A DNA stretch of 64,000 nucleotides, taken from positions 25,156 through 89,155 of the forward strand of contig FLMG01001143.1 of the NCBI GenBank assembly GCA_900088475.1, given 5' to 3'. The translations under genes and the position numbers were made by a program. Every line of letters starts with the position of its first letter. Positions within the stretch are counted from its first letter, which is position 1. The stretch comes from Hyphochytrium catenoides (Eukaryota; Protista; Hyphochytriomycota). Below, in pieces: positions 1-13,284 of the stretch. A model generated the notes under the pieces. That model saw nothing but the letters and a program-made list of their open reading frames with translations, did not search any database and was not told the origin of the DNA.

Positions 1-2685
1 AAGGAGTACCCGCCCACTGTGTCCTAATCTTGTCGAGACTGCAGAGGTGATACTGATGTCACCGCTTTGACCACCAAACATGCTTGGGCCACTGCTCAGC
101 CGGAGATGGCCCCCCGTAGCCGTCTCAGATAATCCTGCAGTAAGGATCACGTCGCCGCCAGGTCCGTCCTTTGAAGTCCCAGACGTGATGGAAACAGATC
201 CGGCCTTCTGAGAGCCAGAGGTATTCCCAGCTGCAATAAACACGTTCCCTCCGGATCCTGATGACGCATCGCCACCAAGCAATCGAACGGCACCTCCATT
301 GCCGCCATCCGCAACACTGGCCCCCGAAGCTATTAGAAGGTCACCTCCTGAGGCTTCAGATGCTTGGCCCTGGGTAAGGACTATGGTTCCTGGTTTCCCC
401 ATATTAGTGGATCCTGTAGATAACAGAATGTCTCCCGAGCGCGTCCGGCCATTCCCTGAGGTAATCATAATTGGACCTGAATTACCATGGATAGATGGCG
501 CGCTTGCCAACTTGACCGCCCCGCTGAATCGCTCCCCTGCGCCACTCATAATCTCCACATTCCCTCCATCAGCAGCGTCGAGAGTTGTACCACCAATGAT
601 CGTGGTGGAAGCCCCTTTTCCCTTACCACTAGTCCCCGGTTCAAGGGAGATAGTACCACTCGAGCCACTCTGGGTTGGACCAGTCTGAATTGTGATCCGT
701 CCACTAGTTCTCGCAGTAGGGCCGGAACTCAAGGTGATAGCGCCGCTTACTTGCCCAGCGGAGGCAGCTGACGCAAGAGTAACATCACCGGATGGTCCAA
801 TATCAGATAAGCCAGAGTACAGCTCCAAAGCCCCACCCTTCCCTTCCTGACTTGCACTTCCAGCTTGGAGCATGAGTATCCCACCTCGATGGGTGCCGCT
901 GCCACCTTTCAACGAGAGTGAACCGCCTTCTCCAGAAGAATGAATGACGGCATCTCCCGCCTGAAGAGTAATACTGCCACCGAGGCTGTTAGAGGATGAG
1001 TGTCCGCCCATGAGGGCAATCGAGCCGACTTCATCGCCCGACCCAGACCTCACAACGATTTCACCGGACCTTTCGGCGTTCGCAGAGCCCGTTTTAATCA
1101 AGAGTGAGCCGGAAGAAGCTTCCGCATTCCCCGTGCTAACTAGGATCATGCCCGACGTTGCTGTGCTGGAACGGTCAGTGAGGAGAAAGATACTCCCACT
1201 ACCGCTGCTTCCTTCCATCGTTGAAACCTCAACATGACCAGCGCCACCGTTTTTGGATCCACCAGAATAAAGCTTGAGATGGCTTCCAGGTCCGTCCAAA
1301 GTCTCTCCTACACGCATTGAGATTTCCCCGCTACGGGTTGTGGCCTGTCCACTCGATAATGTAATACTTCCCGATTCTTCAGCAGCACCAATGCCAGTCT
1401 TTAGGAGCAAGGGCCCGCTGGAACCTCCCAGAGAGGAGGCGTCGGCAGATCCAAGCCTGACTTCCCCTGTGCCTCTTCCCCCAATCCCCGATTCCAGATA
1501 CAACGGGCCTCCGAAGCCCATATTGCTACGGCCACCTCGCAGAATGATACCGCCTCCAGTTCCAGATATTGCCTCACCGCCCTGCATCTTAATATCACCG
1601 CCGCTCCCTGAACCCTCTGTACCTTGCCGCCCATTTCCTCGTCCACCGCTGAGCATTATCTCTCCCCCTTTTCCCCCGTTAGTGTTGAGACCGTTACCTG
1701 CAGCCACCATAATCAAGCCTCCAGCTTTGTCCATTTCTGTAGAATCTCCTGATCTAATCTCTACTTCTCCGGCGCTAATGGCTTTGATGGCGTCCTCGGT
1801 GACACTAAGCTCAAACGTCTGCCCGGTCAAATCTTTCTGGCCTTCAATAAATAGAAAAGACAGAGTTTCTTTATGTAAGAACTAAAGCTTGCGACGGTCG
1901 AAATTGTTGGCACCTACCTTCGACCACAAGTTCTCCACCGCCATAAGAAGGATCTCGAGACACATGTAAGTTACCCTCAACGTGTTGAACTGGGAGAAGG
2001 GCAATCGGAACCGAGCAGCAATTACTACTTCAGAGCACCGCTCAAAAAACACCAGCCGAAGGGCCATTACCTTTTAGCAGAGAGCTGGGGCAGGGAGGTT
2101 CAAACACTGTAGCCCCGCAGGTTTCATAGTAAGTTTCCTCGAGGGCCAAACACGTCCTCTTCCCTGCACACCATGCGCAGTTACTGTTTTCCACACAGTC
2201 TCCACAGGACCTTAGGACTTGACATTGAGGCACCACTACGATATCGATTGAGATGTGTCAAACAACCAAGCAGGCGGCTTCCATGGCAACAAAGCGCAGA
2301 AGCTTACCTGGACACAGCACTTCCTCTCCATATAACCACTCTTCGGTAGGGCATCTCGTGCTAGTTTGCGAGGGACCATCCTGGTTTCCCTGAGTGCACT
2401 TCAGCGTAGCCAGACAAAATCCGCAGCCAGGAGTCGAGATACATGGATGACATAGTCCAACGAGATCCCTACGCATGCGTACCAACACAACAGTCAGAGT
2501 ATAACACAACCGTGGGCTAAGTAGTCTACCTACCAGTACCCACTCCCTGACGCTTCAACAGATGTTGAAAGTTGTGAACAGGCATCCTGGGGTGCAGAGG
2601 ATACTCCTGTCACCCCCAAGGAGGGCAAGAAAGCTGCTAAGAAAAAGAAAAGCGGCAGTCCGGCCAAAGCTCGCATGGCTCTCAT
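1..2685 (-). CDS. Secreted/surface protein with signal peptide, two PSI-like Cys-rich modules and a long Gly-rich repeat region (multi-exon, 3' end beyond window)
   Basis: ATG at 2685 reads MRAMRALAGLPLFFFLAAFLPSLGVTG (signal peptide). Exons encode CHPCISTPGCGFCLATLKC and CGDCVENSNCAWCAGKRTC (PSI-like). A minus-strand frame from ~1840 towards the left edge encodes GGxIxIxAG-type repeats (e.g. GGKGGEIMLSGGRG, GSGGDIKMQGGEA). The Pro/Ser-rich + strand ORFs are its antisense shadow. Confidence 0.8.
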
Positions 2686-5117
2686 AAGAGACGCGCAACG
2701 AGCAATCGCCCGATCTGCCGCTAGGTAAGGGCTATCCTTGATCGATGCTAATTGGCAAAAACAACCACAGGCTTAGTCAGGGCAGCAACGCTTTTGAGAC
2801 AAACTGGTAAACTAAGTTCCCAGTGACGCTGGCAGTCAGACCTCAACCTTCACTCACGTCAAAGACAACTCGGCTTGCAGTCAGCGCAAAGACTGATTAC
2901 TTTGCGAACTTCTAGTCCTTCAATAAAATTAGCTTTTGCCGCAGTGAATAGTTCCAAGCTTCGGAGTAAACCTCAGCTCGTAAGAAGACAACAGTCCTAG
3001 CAGATTTGCTGAGTGGTGCAGTTCCTGCAGTACTCTTGCCCACAGCGCAGCGCCACAAAGAAAGAACCTCCTGAGGCAGTTCCAGCGATTTGTAGGGCAT
3101 CAGAAGATCGAGGACTGGCGCGAAACCCGAGATCCATCACCTCACTCAACTTCAAAAAAAGCAGATCACCTTTTCCCCTAGGGCTGTGGGGCTACGTCTA
3201 GCGTTAGGATGAATGCAGGTGATAAGCTTCCCACTGGGTAGCCGAGGGGTGGGAGGCTGATGTACGTTGAAACGACTACTCTTGGGCCACCTTACTGACA
3301 ATGTTCTTTGGTTCCTCCTGGCCCTGAGAAAAGGGGCCAATGAGCCCTAACTGAAGCTTCCGTAAGCTTTGGGTAGTCTGAGGGGTATGTTTCCCTAGCG
3401 TGAAGTCCATGCTAATGATCTTAGAAATCTCTTCCCACCCACCGTATTACTTGAGATGGGATTGCGATTGAACTCATATAGTTAAACACCTCATGCAAAC
3501 TAGTGTTATTCCGGAATAAACTTGTTCGAATTGAGAATCATCAGGATGGATGGGGCCTGAGGATAGCATTCTGCTTCCACATCTGATTCTGAACCATCCT
3601 CTCTCTACCTTCTGCACCATCCCTTCCTTTCCCTTCCTTGACCCTTTTGCCCTTTACCGCCTTTCCGTCCAGATGGCCCTGCCGTAGGGAGGGAAATAGG
3701 GGAGGGAAGGGGGGGGGGTAGAACTTCGTAGTACAGATGCTTGATGTCTCCCTGGTTCAGACCCTTCCTCCTCCTCCTCCTCCCTTCTCCCCTGTCAAGC
3801 TGTCGAGCTCCTGTTTTCCTCTTCTTTGTCAAGTTTCTTCTAAGATAAGAGGAGCAAGCGAAGGAGGAGGGGAGCAGGGAGAGACAAGAACGACGAGGTT
3901 ACAGTAATATACTGCTTGAGTAATTAAAGTTTATTAGTTGTTGTTCTAACAACTTCCACCACCAGCATGGCATGCAAAAGAAGCACCAGGAAGACAACCC
4001 ACTCAGTATCCGCTAAATAGGGTTAAATCTGAGCGGCCGAAGGCGGTGGCGCTGCGCCACCCGGGATTTTGTAGAAAGTACAGCCAAGAAGAGGAAAGAC
4101 CCAGCGTGGCGATGGAGACCACTCTGTTTCACTCTCTTCTAAGAATGTTGTACGAGTACTGTAGAGAAGAGTAACCTCTCGCTGAGTGACCCCACCGCGG
4201 ACTTATCATCGGACTGACTTAGTCTCTGATAACTCAGTGCTACAATAATCTACACTGGTCTCTACTGTGCTTCCTCAGTTATGTTCTCTATCGTGCGCTA
4301 CGGTACCAACTCTAAGTGCTATTGTTGGTTCTCTCCCGAATGCTCCACGGTTGCTTCAGCCTCGCGCTGGTTCTTGCCTAGTAAGACTGAGAGTGGCTCC
4401 TTGTGAGCAACTTCTGATCTCATTAAATATAGAAAGATCTTGTTTGTCTAGTTGCTGAAGAGCGATCGTGTTAGCAACGTTATCGACCGCTGCTAAGGCG
4501 GACGTGACATGATACTCGAAGATGATAGAGCGTCTTCTTCATCATCAAGGTGGGACAACGAAGAAGCAGAAGAGAACTTATACAACGTGAGAGACATTTT
4601 TCTAAATAGATGGAGTTCTGAAAAGAACGTGAAGCTTGGGAGGCGCGACCCTTTTTCCTTTAGATTTGCTTCTGGTGCCTCTCAGTCCAACTCTATGGTG
4701 CAGGAGATTGACCTGCATTAAACGAAGACCTTTTTAAAAAGACACAGACCATTATGGCTGTAAACAATTACTAATGATGGTGCTTTACATCGGTTGGGAA
4801 TGGCGAGGAGGAATAGGAGAAGACATCCGTTTGTCCATTTTTTTTTAAAACAATTATGAGGAGTACCACCAGATATATAACAACCCAAAAGGGCCAAAGC
4901 AGTGGGAAACTTGCTAATTGGATAATACTATAGTGAAAGGGAGGTCCAAGACAACGACTCAATCAAAGCCCACAGACATTATGCCTCCTCCTTGTTTTCC
5001 TTGAATGGCATGCGAACGCAACCAATGCCCGCTTCCTATGGAATANNNNNNNNNNNNNNNNNNNNNNNNNNNNNNNNNNNNNNNNNNNNNNNNNNNNNNN
5101 NNNNNNNNNNNNNNNNN

Positions 5118-6906
5118 CTACAGCAAAATCTCGTTGTGGTAGCTCTGGGACAGTACTTTGTGTGGAAGAACGATACAGTTGCGAATGATGATCTCTGATC
5201 GGGCTTTCACAGATACGCCTGAGCGGTGGGTGTGGGGGCCGAATCCTAGTACGTTAGGGATAGAGTCCAAAGATCTATGAAGACAGCGACTCTTACCGAA
5301 TATCGTTATATCCCGCGGGACATTCAAGCCTCTCTCTAACTGTTTTGCCTTGCCTGGGGGCTGACCTTCAATTCTGGTCCACTGTCCAATGGTAGAGTTC
5401 CAACCAATGATGCTAAACATGATGCAAGCCCTGTCCTTTATGATTGTTCCTTCGAGTATGATGGCATGGGCAATCCGAACACCTGCGCCAATCTGGCACC
5501 CGGCTCCTATTGTAACATTGGGACCTAATTTGGCTGATGCATGCACCTTTAAGGGGAAGATGTTAACAACCAAAAATAGCAGCACTCCATTTTAGGGTTA
5601 GTACCTGGCAGGACGGATCAATTATTACGTTTCCCTCTATTGTGGGCATCAGCTTGCCACCATTGCTTGCGAGAAAAGTTGGGTCGGTCAACCGATAACG
5701 TTGCATGTAGAGCTCTGAACAGATAAGGGCCGCCCCAGGTGTCCTTATCTGCATCCATATATCGCCAGTTTCATAGAGGAAGACCTTGCCCTGCCCTGCA
5801 AGCGGCATCAAAATATCTTGCTCCATCTGTAGCTTGTCGCTGCTTTGACTCTCCTGCTAAGCAGTTAGTATAACGAGTAAAATGGTAGTCCAGCCATTTG
5901 GACTTACTTTGTAAAAGGACGCCACATCATCAGAGACCGTCAATTCCTGGTCGGATTTTAGCTTTTGCATTGCTGCCTTGTCACCCACTTCAGTTATGAC
6001 ATCCATTATTTCGCTTGAGAAGACGTAGACTCCGCAGTTTATAGTGTCACTCACAAAGCTATAGCCCAACAATCTGATCAGCAATCAGCGGAACGCGACG
6101 TAAGGCATTACTCTTACTGACGTTTCAGGTTTCTCGGCCCAGTGTAACACTTCTCTTGTCTTCGAGTGTGCAACTATGCACCCATAATTGCTAAGCTCCT
6201 CGGCCAGTACCTAGTTCCAACATTAAGACATACTGCATATACCTTCACTAGAGACTAAAAGCTAGGAGAGAGCTTACCCTTTTACCAAGTAGTGTTGCTA
6301 GCTGTCCATGTTTAATATGAAACTGAATCATTTCAGAGAGAGGAAACGTGGAGCAGATGTCGTGATGCATGACCACAACGTGTGTAGGCTCTCCTGGGGG
6401 GAAAAACAGTCAGAGGTAAAGCATCACGCATCGTGTACGGTCCTAGGCTAACCTTTCAAGATCTCGGCCTTAAACATGCGGATACCTCCAGCGGTTCCGG
6501 AGGGTTGAGTTTCTCTCATGTATCTTTGTGATATGGGTGATGTTGAAAAATAGCATGTCGAGTCAGGCAAGCTGGAATGGAATCGAAGCGGCTAATAGTC
6601 CTTACCTACCTGATAGATACAAGGAGTTCTCTCTCCACCTTGGCAAAAAAGCGTGAGAAAAGGCCTTCGTCGTAGTGTCCAATCATAATGATCTCGTGCA
6701 GACTCTTAAGCTTGCTACATGCTTTGACATGATGGTAAAGAATCTCCCTTCCTGCCACTAGGAGAAAACTCGGTTAGATTTAGTTATGGTGCTGTATAAG
6801 CAGGTCCGGCACCTGGAAATAGTGGCTTCGGAAGGTCTAGAGAGAGAGGTCGAAAGGCCGTCGTACTATTAGAACCGCCAATAAGAATCACCGCCGTCAC
6901 CTTCAT
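5118..6906 (-). CDS. GMPPA: Mannose-1-phosphate guanylyltransferase alpha-like (GDP-mannose pyrophosphorylase regulatory subunit), multi-exon
   Basis: N-terminus MKVTAVILIGGSNSTTAFRPLSLDLPKPLFP; INCGVYVFS; W.QI.TPGAAL; hexapeptide repeats (SAKLGPNVTIGAGCQIGAGVRI); C-terminus IVLPHKVLSQSYHNEILL, typical of GMPPA. Confidence 0.9.
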
Positions 6907-7661
6907 CTCTCCAATGTGTAGGAAAGCCAAGCCAATGAGATGGCTCTATTAATGAGGTGTTAACGGCGTGGACCTTTCTTGATGTGGGTAGAGAGAGAGA
7001 GAGTAGCTGTACTCAGTTGATGCCACTTATTAACGTTATGAAGTTAGCTGCACGAAGGGTTCTGATAATCTCTCTCAAGCTCTGCAGAACCGCTATGAAG
7101 CGTGAAGAGGAGAAAGGAGAAAGCAGAAGCTGTCGCCCCCGACCATGTCTTACGACTACTTTGACCTTCGCGCGTCAAGTAATTCGGCAGATAATCGTAC
7201 AGTAGTACTTGCAATTGACAAGGCAAGCTTAAAGAGTCGCTAACGTGCAGTGTCGAGGCTGTGTGCAGTGAGCAGTGGGATCTAGAGAAAAGGCCTGAAT
7301 TTCAAGTTCTAGGATGCTCTAGGTCTGGGATGATTTACTCATCTCTCGGCTCTGCCAGGCAAGGGTGCAACTCATCAGCCGCTGGCTCCAGTAGACTGTT
7401 AATTCGCGGCTTGCTTCACAGCGCGAGATTGCTCCTCTCTCTCTGTCGGTGCACCGAGAAAGATGGGTTATATAGCTCTCCTCTCATCAGGATTTTCTTC
7501 GGACAAGACTGAAGATTGAGCCTTCTGATGGAGGTAAGCCTCTGTGTCCTTGAAACTCCAGCATCTCTCAGGTTATCTAAAGTTTACCTGCCTTCATTCC
7601 GATTCAGCAGCTGGGAGGGCCCTAAAGGGAGCTTAGCTAAGCGTAACGTTCGTGGAACGAG

Positions 7662-10600
7662 ATGGCTGAAACCTCAGGCAGTTCTGGCAAGGATAGCTTG
7701 AACCCCAAGCTCTACCTTAATGAGGAGAGGCATTACAGGTCCTAACTCCTTAGTGTTCGCTTATCTTTATAACCGTGTCTGATTATCTCAACCTACAGCC
7801 CCTTCCTCTGGAAAAGCCAAAAGGACGGTAATGGGGTTGACACCCAAGAGGAGCAGCATCATGCCCAGCGGGATGTCATACAATGGCGAATACGCGAGAA
7901 AATGAAGACGGTAAGGCGCTTGGCGGCACTTCCTGGATCTCCGTTCGCATTAGCTAACTGTTGATCACTCTATTGGGGTAGGTTTGCGTCGGGTTGGTTG
8001 TTTGCTTGAATATCGGTACAGATCCTCCGGATGTCGTGAAAATGTCTCCTTGTGCCAGAAAGGAGTGCTGGATAGATCCCTTTGGAATGCCACCGCAGAA
8101 GGCTCTTGAGACAATTGGTCGACAGCTCCAAGCTCAGTATGAGAGGTGGCAGCACAGGGCAAAATACCGGGCCCGACTGGACCCTACGGTGGACGATGTG
8201 AAGAAGCTCTGCCAGTCAATGCGGAAGCAAGCTAGAGACGACAGAGTTCTTTTGCATTACAATGGTGAGGTGGCCCCTTTGTAACCTCATTGCCGTCTAT
8301 GCTAAGAAGCTCATCAATTAGGGCATGGTGTCCCCCGTCCAACCCCTAATGGAGAGATTTGGGTTTTCAACTCCAACTATACGCAGTATATTCCGCTCTC
8401 CATTTATGATCTTCAAGCTTGGACAGGCAACCCTGCCATCTATGTCCTGGACTGCTCTGCAGCTGGGATCCTTCTGCAGCACTTTGGACAAGCTACGGGT
8501 GTCGGGATTGCAGCTGAGAACACTTTGGTGTGATGCTCTAAATCGTCCATAACATTGATTCATCTTTGACCTTGGCGTTTCCTTTTGTAGAACCAAGGAG
8601 CCTCACCCATTGTAATGGCTGCATGTGAAGCCAACGAGCTATTACCTCAAAATCCAGAGTTCCCTGCTGACCTGTTCACAGCTTGCTTAACTACCCCCAT
8701 CACTGTAGCACTCAAATGGTTCGTCAGTCAAAATAAGATTTCAATGGGCTGCCTACAGCCAGGCTTCGTTGAAAGGTCAGAAATAAGCCAGTCTCCGCTC
8801 TCACTCATAGATCTATACTTATGACGGTGCCTCTCTCTTCTATGCGTTCAGGATCCCGGGAAAACTAACGGATCGCAAGACACCTCTAGGCGAACTAAAC
8901 TGGATATTCACGGCAATCACAGACACAATAGCTTGGAATGTGCTTCCTCGGGACCTTTTTCAAAAACTCTTCCGACAGGATTTGTTGGTGGCAAGCCTCT
9001 TCCGAAACTTTCTTCTAGCTGAACGGATAATGCGATCTGCTAAATGCTCTCCTTGCTCTTTGCCCAAGCTCCCTCCAACCCACAATCATCACCTTTGGGA
9101 GGTATGTTCCCCTAGGACCGTTGTCCTTGCGATGATCCACTTGCGGTGCTCATGACTGAAAGCTTTTCGTGCAGGCTTGGGATCTAGCAGCAGAAGTTAG
9201 CTTATCCCAACTTGCGAAGAGTATGACACCATCGCCCGTTGTAGATGTCCAGCCCTCCCATTTTTTTGCTGAGCAGCTGACGGCTTTTGAGGTGTGGCTA
9301 GATTTTGGGCAGGAAGGCAGGCACCCGCCAGAACAGCTGCCAATCGTACTTCAGGTTTGTCTTTTGGAGACTGGCGGGTTAGCTGTACCTGACTTGCTAA
9401 ATGCAGGTCCTTCTTAGCCAAGTACATCGCTTACGTGCATTGATCCTCCTTCGAAGATTCCTCGATTTAGGTAACATCACCCTCTGAAGATACTTGGGCT
9501 TGGCTTATACTATTCTCTCCATCATGAAACAGGGCCCTGGGCAGTTAATGCCGCCCTCTCGGTTGGAATCTTCCCTTACGTCTTGAAATTATTGCAGAGC
9601 CCTGCCCCGGAACTGCGGCAGGTAATGAACCTAACGTTCCCAAACCCAGCACCTAGGATTTTTAAGGTCTATGTTAGGTGTTGGTCTACGTATGGGCAAG
9701 AATACTTGCGGTGGATAGGACTTGCCAAGTAGATCTCGTCAAGGATAAGGGCCACGTATACTTCATCGAACACATTACAGAAGTAGCAAACAGAGCACCT
9801 AATAACCTTCCGCCTGCGGAGTTAGCTGAGCAAAAGGTTAGTCTCGTCGTGTTGTTACTGGCTAGAATGCTTACAGCTGATCCCATGTTGTCCGCACAGA
9901 TGATGGCGATGTTCGTTCTCACACAGATTTGCGACAAGTATCCCTTAGGCCAGCTGGCTTGTCTAGATGAATCGTTACACCTAGTCTGCAAAAGTCACTT
10001 AAGTAATTATCACTTGCTCTTTATTAGGCTATTGAGATCTTCTAATTATCGACCTCTGATAGGGCATCCCATGCCTCAGCTGAGACTGTGGAGTTGCTAT
10101 TGTCTAGCAAAGTTGTGGGAAAATTTTGAAGATGCCAAACGAATCTCGGAACGAGGAGGTGTTTTGGAGATCTTAGTGGCTACCCTCGGGGATGAGGTAA
10201 TGTGTTCTCCAACTATGCTCGTCCGATGGCTCATGTGCGGTCAATTAGGTCCCTGAGTGTAGAGCAGCTGCAGCCTACGCGTTCGGTGAATTCCTGCGCT
10301 TCGATGACAGCACCTACGGATCTGTTCCTCACCCCTATGAAGGTCTCTTCACACAAGACCCATGAACTTTTGTGCGATGCGTCTGTGTACTTACTTGCAG
10401 TTTCTTTGTAGGCGAGTATGCCACCCGTAGGAGAGGCATTGATCTATCTATTGGTATGGAACTGAGTTGGGCATGTGGAGACGGTAGTCTACTTGTCCGG
10501 CATTCAGCTGTACTGGCTTTGGCCCTTTTGATCTTGCACCCTGTCCATCGAGACACTTTCGTAGCTGCTGCAACGGAATACGTGGACCATTCCCGAAAGC

Positions 10601-13147
10601 TGAGTACCGATAGAGAAAAGGTGAGGCGCAAGTCGCCAAATTATACGCGCAAACTCAAATCTTTCATTCGCAGATAATGGACATGGGACGCAAGCAAAAA
10701 CTAGAAACATTACGGAAAAATGAGCCAAACCTCACTGAAACGCCGGGACTGTCTAGTGCAGGACAAAATAGAGGTATGCTTATTCCCTTCGTTCGAGATA
10801 TCTGTGCTCAACTTATTCTGCAGTAGATGTCGAAGAAGCGTTGAGCGCATCGCCGAAGCAAGCTATCCCGCAAGAGCCCGAAAAGGAGTATGGCAGTATT
10901 TGGTCTAATTTGAAGGAGGTCCAGGCGAAGGACCCCATGCCTGTAGTTGCGATTGCAGCTAGCGAACTATTGTCACGTCTGAGTGCTACAATCCCTTTGG
11001 TAAGTAGAGAGTCCGGTTCAGTAGAGAGGCTATTGAACGTTAAGTGGCATGCACCTTTCCACAAAGTAGCGGCCCCGAAAGGAAACCGAGAATTCAGTTT
11101 CAACCAGGCGCAGCAGCTCCTCAGCATCCATGGACGCCAGCCGGGAGGTTGATGGGCCCAATGCCGTGTTACCTGGAGTTTCTCAATCCTTAGATAAGCC
11201 AAGTGCTACAGATGGCAAGAGCAGAACTCAAGACGATCATAAGGATCTTCTAGCTCTACTTTCAAAGAGCAATCCTCAGCAACCCCCAGCAGAAGCGCTA
11301 GAAAACCGCCCGGCTAGTGGAGCAGTCTTACGATATGGAGCACGGTCACTAGATTTGCCCTTAGCTCTGAAATCTAACCTCTTCGCGTGGAGTCGCATGA
11401 AGTTTTCCATACCGAAGTTTGACGGTGTTGAGGTACGCTCAACATATCGCCGTGTCAGAAGGCCTGCCATAATAGATAAATTTTTAGGTCGTTGAAGATC
11501 CACTGAGCAACGTAGGCGCCGCCCGGGCATGCCGTTTGCGCCGCAATGCACGTGTGTTACGGGAGGCGGAATCTCTATTGGGTGCCAACAAAAAACGGGA
11601 ACGGTCTGGAACGAGTATTGGAGCGATATCTCCAACCTCTGGGTCATCAGGGCCAGGTACTGCTCAGCATTTTCTAGATCCTGTTAACTATTTAGTGGCC
11701 ATTGGTTTTATGTGACTCACCAGCCGCATCGTCTTGCTAACTCTAGGTGTCTCAAGAACTTTTGGATCTAGAAAGCAGTTCAAGCTGGAGCAGTCTGTCA
11801 TAATAGAGAATGACTCGCAGATGACGTCCTTGCTATTGTTCCATCCGTTTGAGAGCATGCTAGTTGTAGCAGACGAAAAGGACTCGCTGACTGTATGGAA
11901 CTTCGAAGACGGAGAGCAGCTCATAAAGTTTTCTAACAAAAATTCAGTCAGGTACCCTCCCTTACTTTGTGGCCCCGAAGTGCGTCTCCCTTATGCCAGT
12001 GTCGCAGATCACGTCTAACTTCCTTACAATGGATGAATGGGAACGAGGAGTCGTTGTTGCTTGCCGGCTCTGATGATGGTGTTGTCCGATGTTGGCATGG
12101 TTTGCATGACATAAGGATATCCAAGCCTCCTTCTCTGCTGACAGCGTTCAACGCTGTTCCGGATCTAGAGCCAGGTAAGTGTCTGCATGCGGCGTTGTTT
12201 TATATGTTTTGTAAGCCTCTTGACTTGGTGTGGTTGGATAGGTACCCGAGGATCAGGGTTAGTAGCAAAATGGCAGCAGCAAGTTGGGCTGCTCTATGCA
12301 GGTGGCAATTCAACCCATCTTCGAGTCTGGGACCTTAGTAGCGAGAAACTAGCTGTTGCCGGTAAGACATAGAAAGCAAGTGCTGTGACACGAGGGTTAA
12401 TCTATGCAACTTCTCCCGCCAGTGCCCACCGGACTTAAGACATGTGTGACTGCACTAACGGCAGACGACAGTCAGGAGGGGTTGATAGTCGCAGGCAGTG
12501 GTGACGGATCTATCCGGCTTTATGACCGACGAATACCTCCGGAAGGCTCGCTTGTGTGCTCACTCAACGAGCATCGGGCATGGGTGGTAAACACCCATAT
12601 AACACCTGGTGGGTCCTGTACTGGTGTAGGTGATCCCCTGACCTCAGGCGTGGCTTTAAACATAAGCGCTTATACTTAGGAACAACGGAGCTTTTATCTG
12701 GTTGTGTGACTGGGGAGATCAAGTTCTGGGATCTCCGGGTATTGGGCTCATCCATCAAGACAGTAGAGGCACACCGTTCACCTATGACGGCGATGGCTGT
12801 GCATAACTATGCACCTGTGATTGCTAGGTAACAGTAAGCGCTCCAAACTTCTCTCGCCAACAAACTAACAACCATCGGTCCTACCAGTGGCTCACACAAC
12901 CAGTTCATAAAAATATTTAATATGGATGGCGATACGTTGGGTATGATTCGCTATCACGAGGGTTTCTTGGGTCAGGTGAGGGCTTGATGTTGTTACTTCA
13001 CCAGCAGCAGTTTGAGTAACATCGTGGCCTCTCTAATTACAGCGTATTGGACCGGTCTCATGCCTTGCCTTTCATCCCCACAAGCTCTACCTCGCGGCAG
13101 GAGCGACTGACTCGATTGTTTCTGTTTACTCTCACCATGAGAGATAA
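7662..13147 (+). CDS. RAPTOR: Regulatory-associated protein of TOR (RNC domain, HEAT repeats, WD40), many short introns
   Basis: [25 protein letters not shown]; [12 protein letters not shown]; [12 protein letters not shown]; [24 protein letters not shown]; [22 protein letters not shown]; C-terminal WD40 ending [29 protein letters not shown], stop at 13145-13147. The start codon at 7662 is a best guess. Confidence 0.95.
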
Positions 13148-13284
13148 GAGGAAAATGGCGAACCCCACGAGGAATTTTTTGACTTAACCTTATTTGGTGT
13201 CTTTTATAAATAACTATTTATCTAAATTCTGTCTCATGTCCAGTGAGCTCGTACTCATAGAAGAGCATCATCCATTCAGTGATG

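Noticed and set aside
299-1885. Pro/Ser-rich + strand ORFs
   Set aside because: Antisense shadows of the Gly-rich minus-strand gene.
3900-4163. TA-CAGTA...TACTG-TA resembling Tc1/mariner MITE ends
   Set aside because: Only about 5 bp of inverted match, which is expected by chance.
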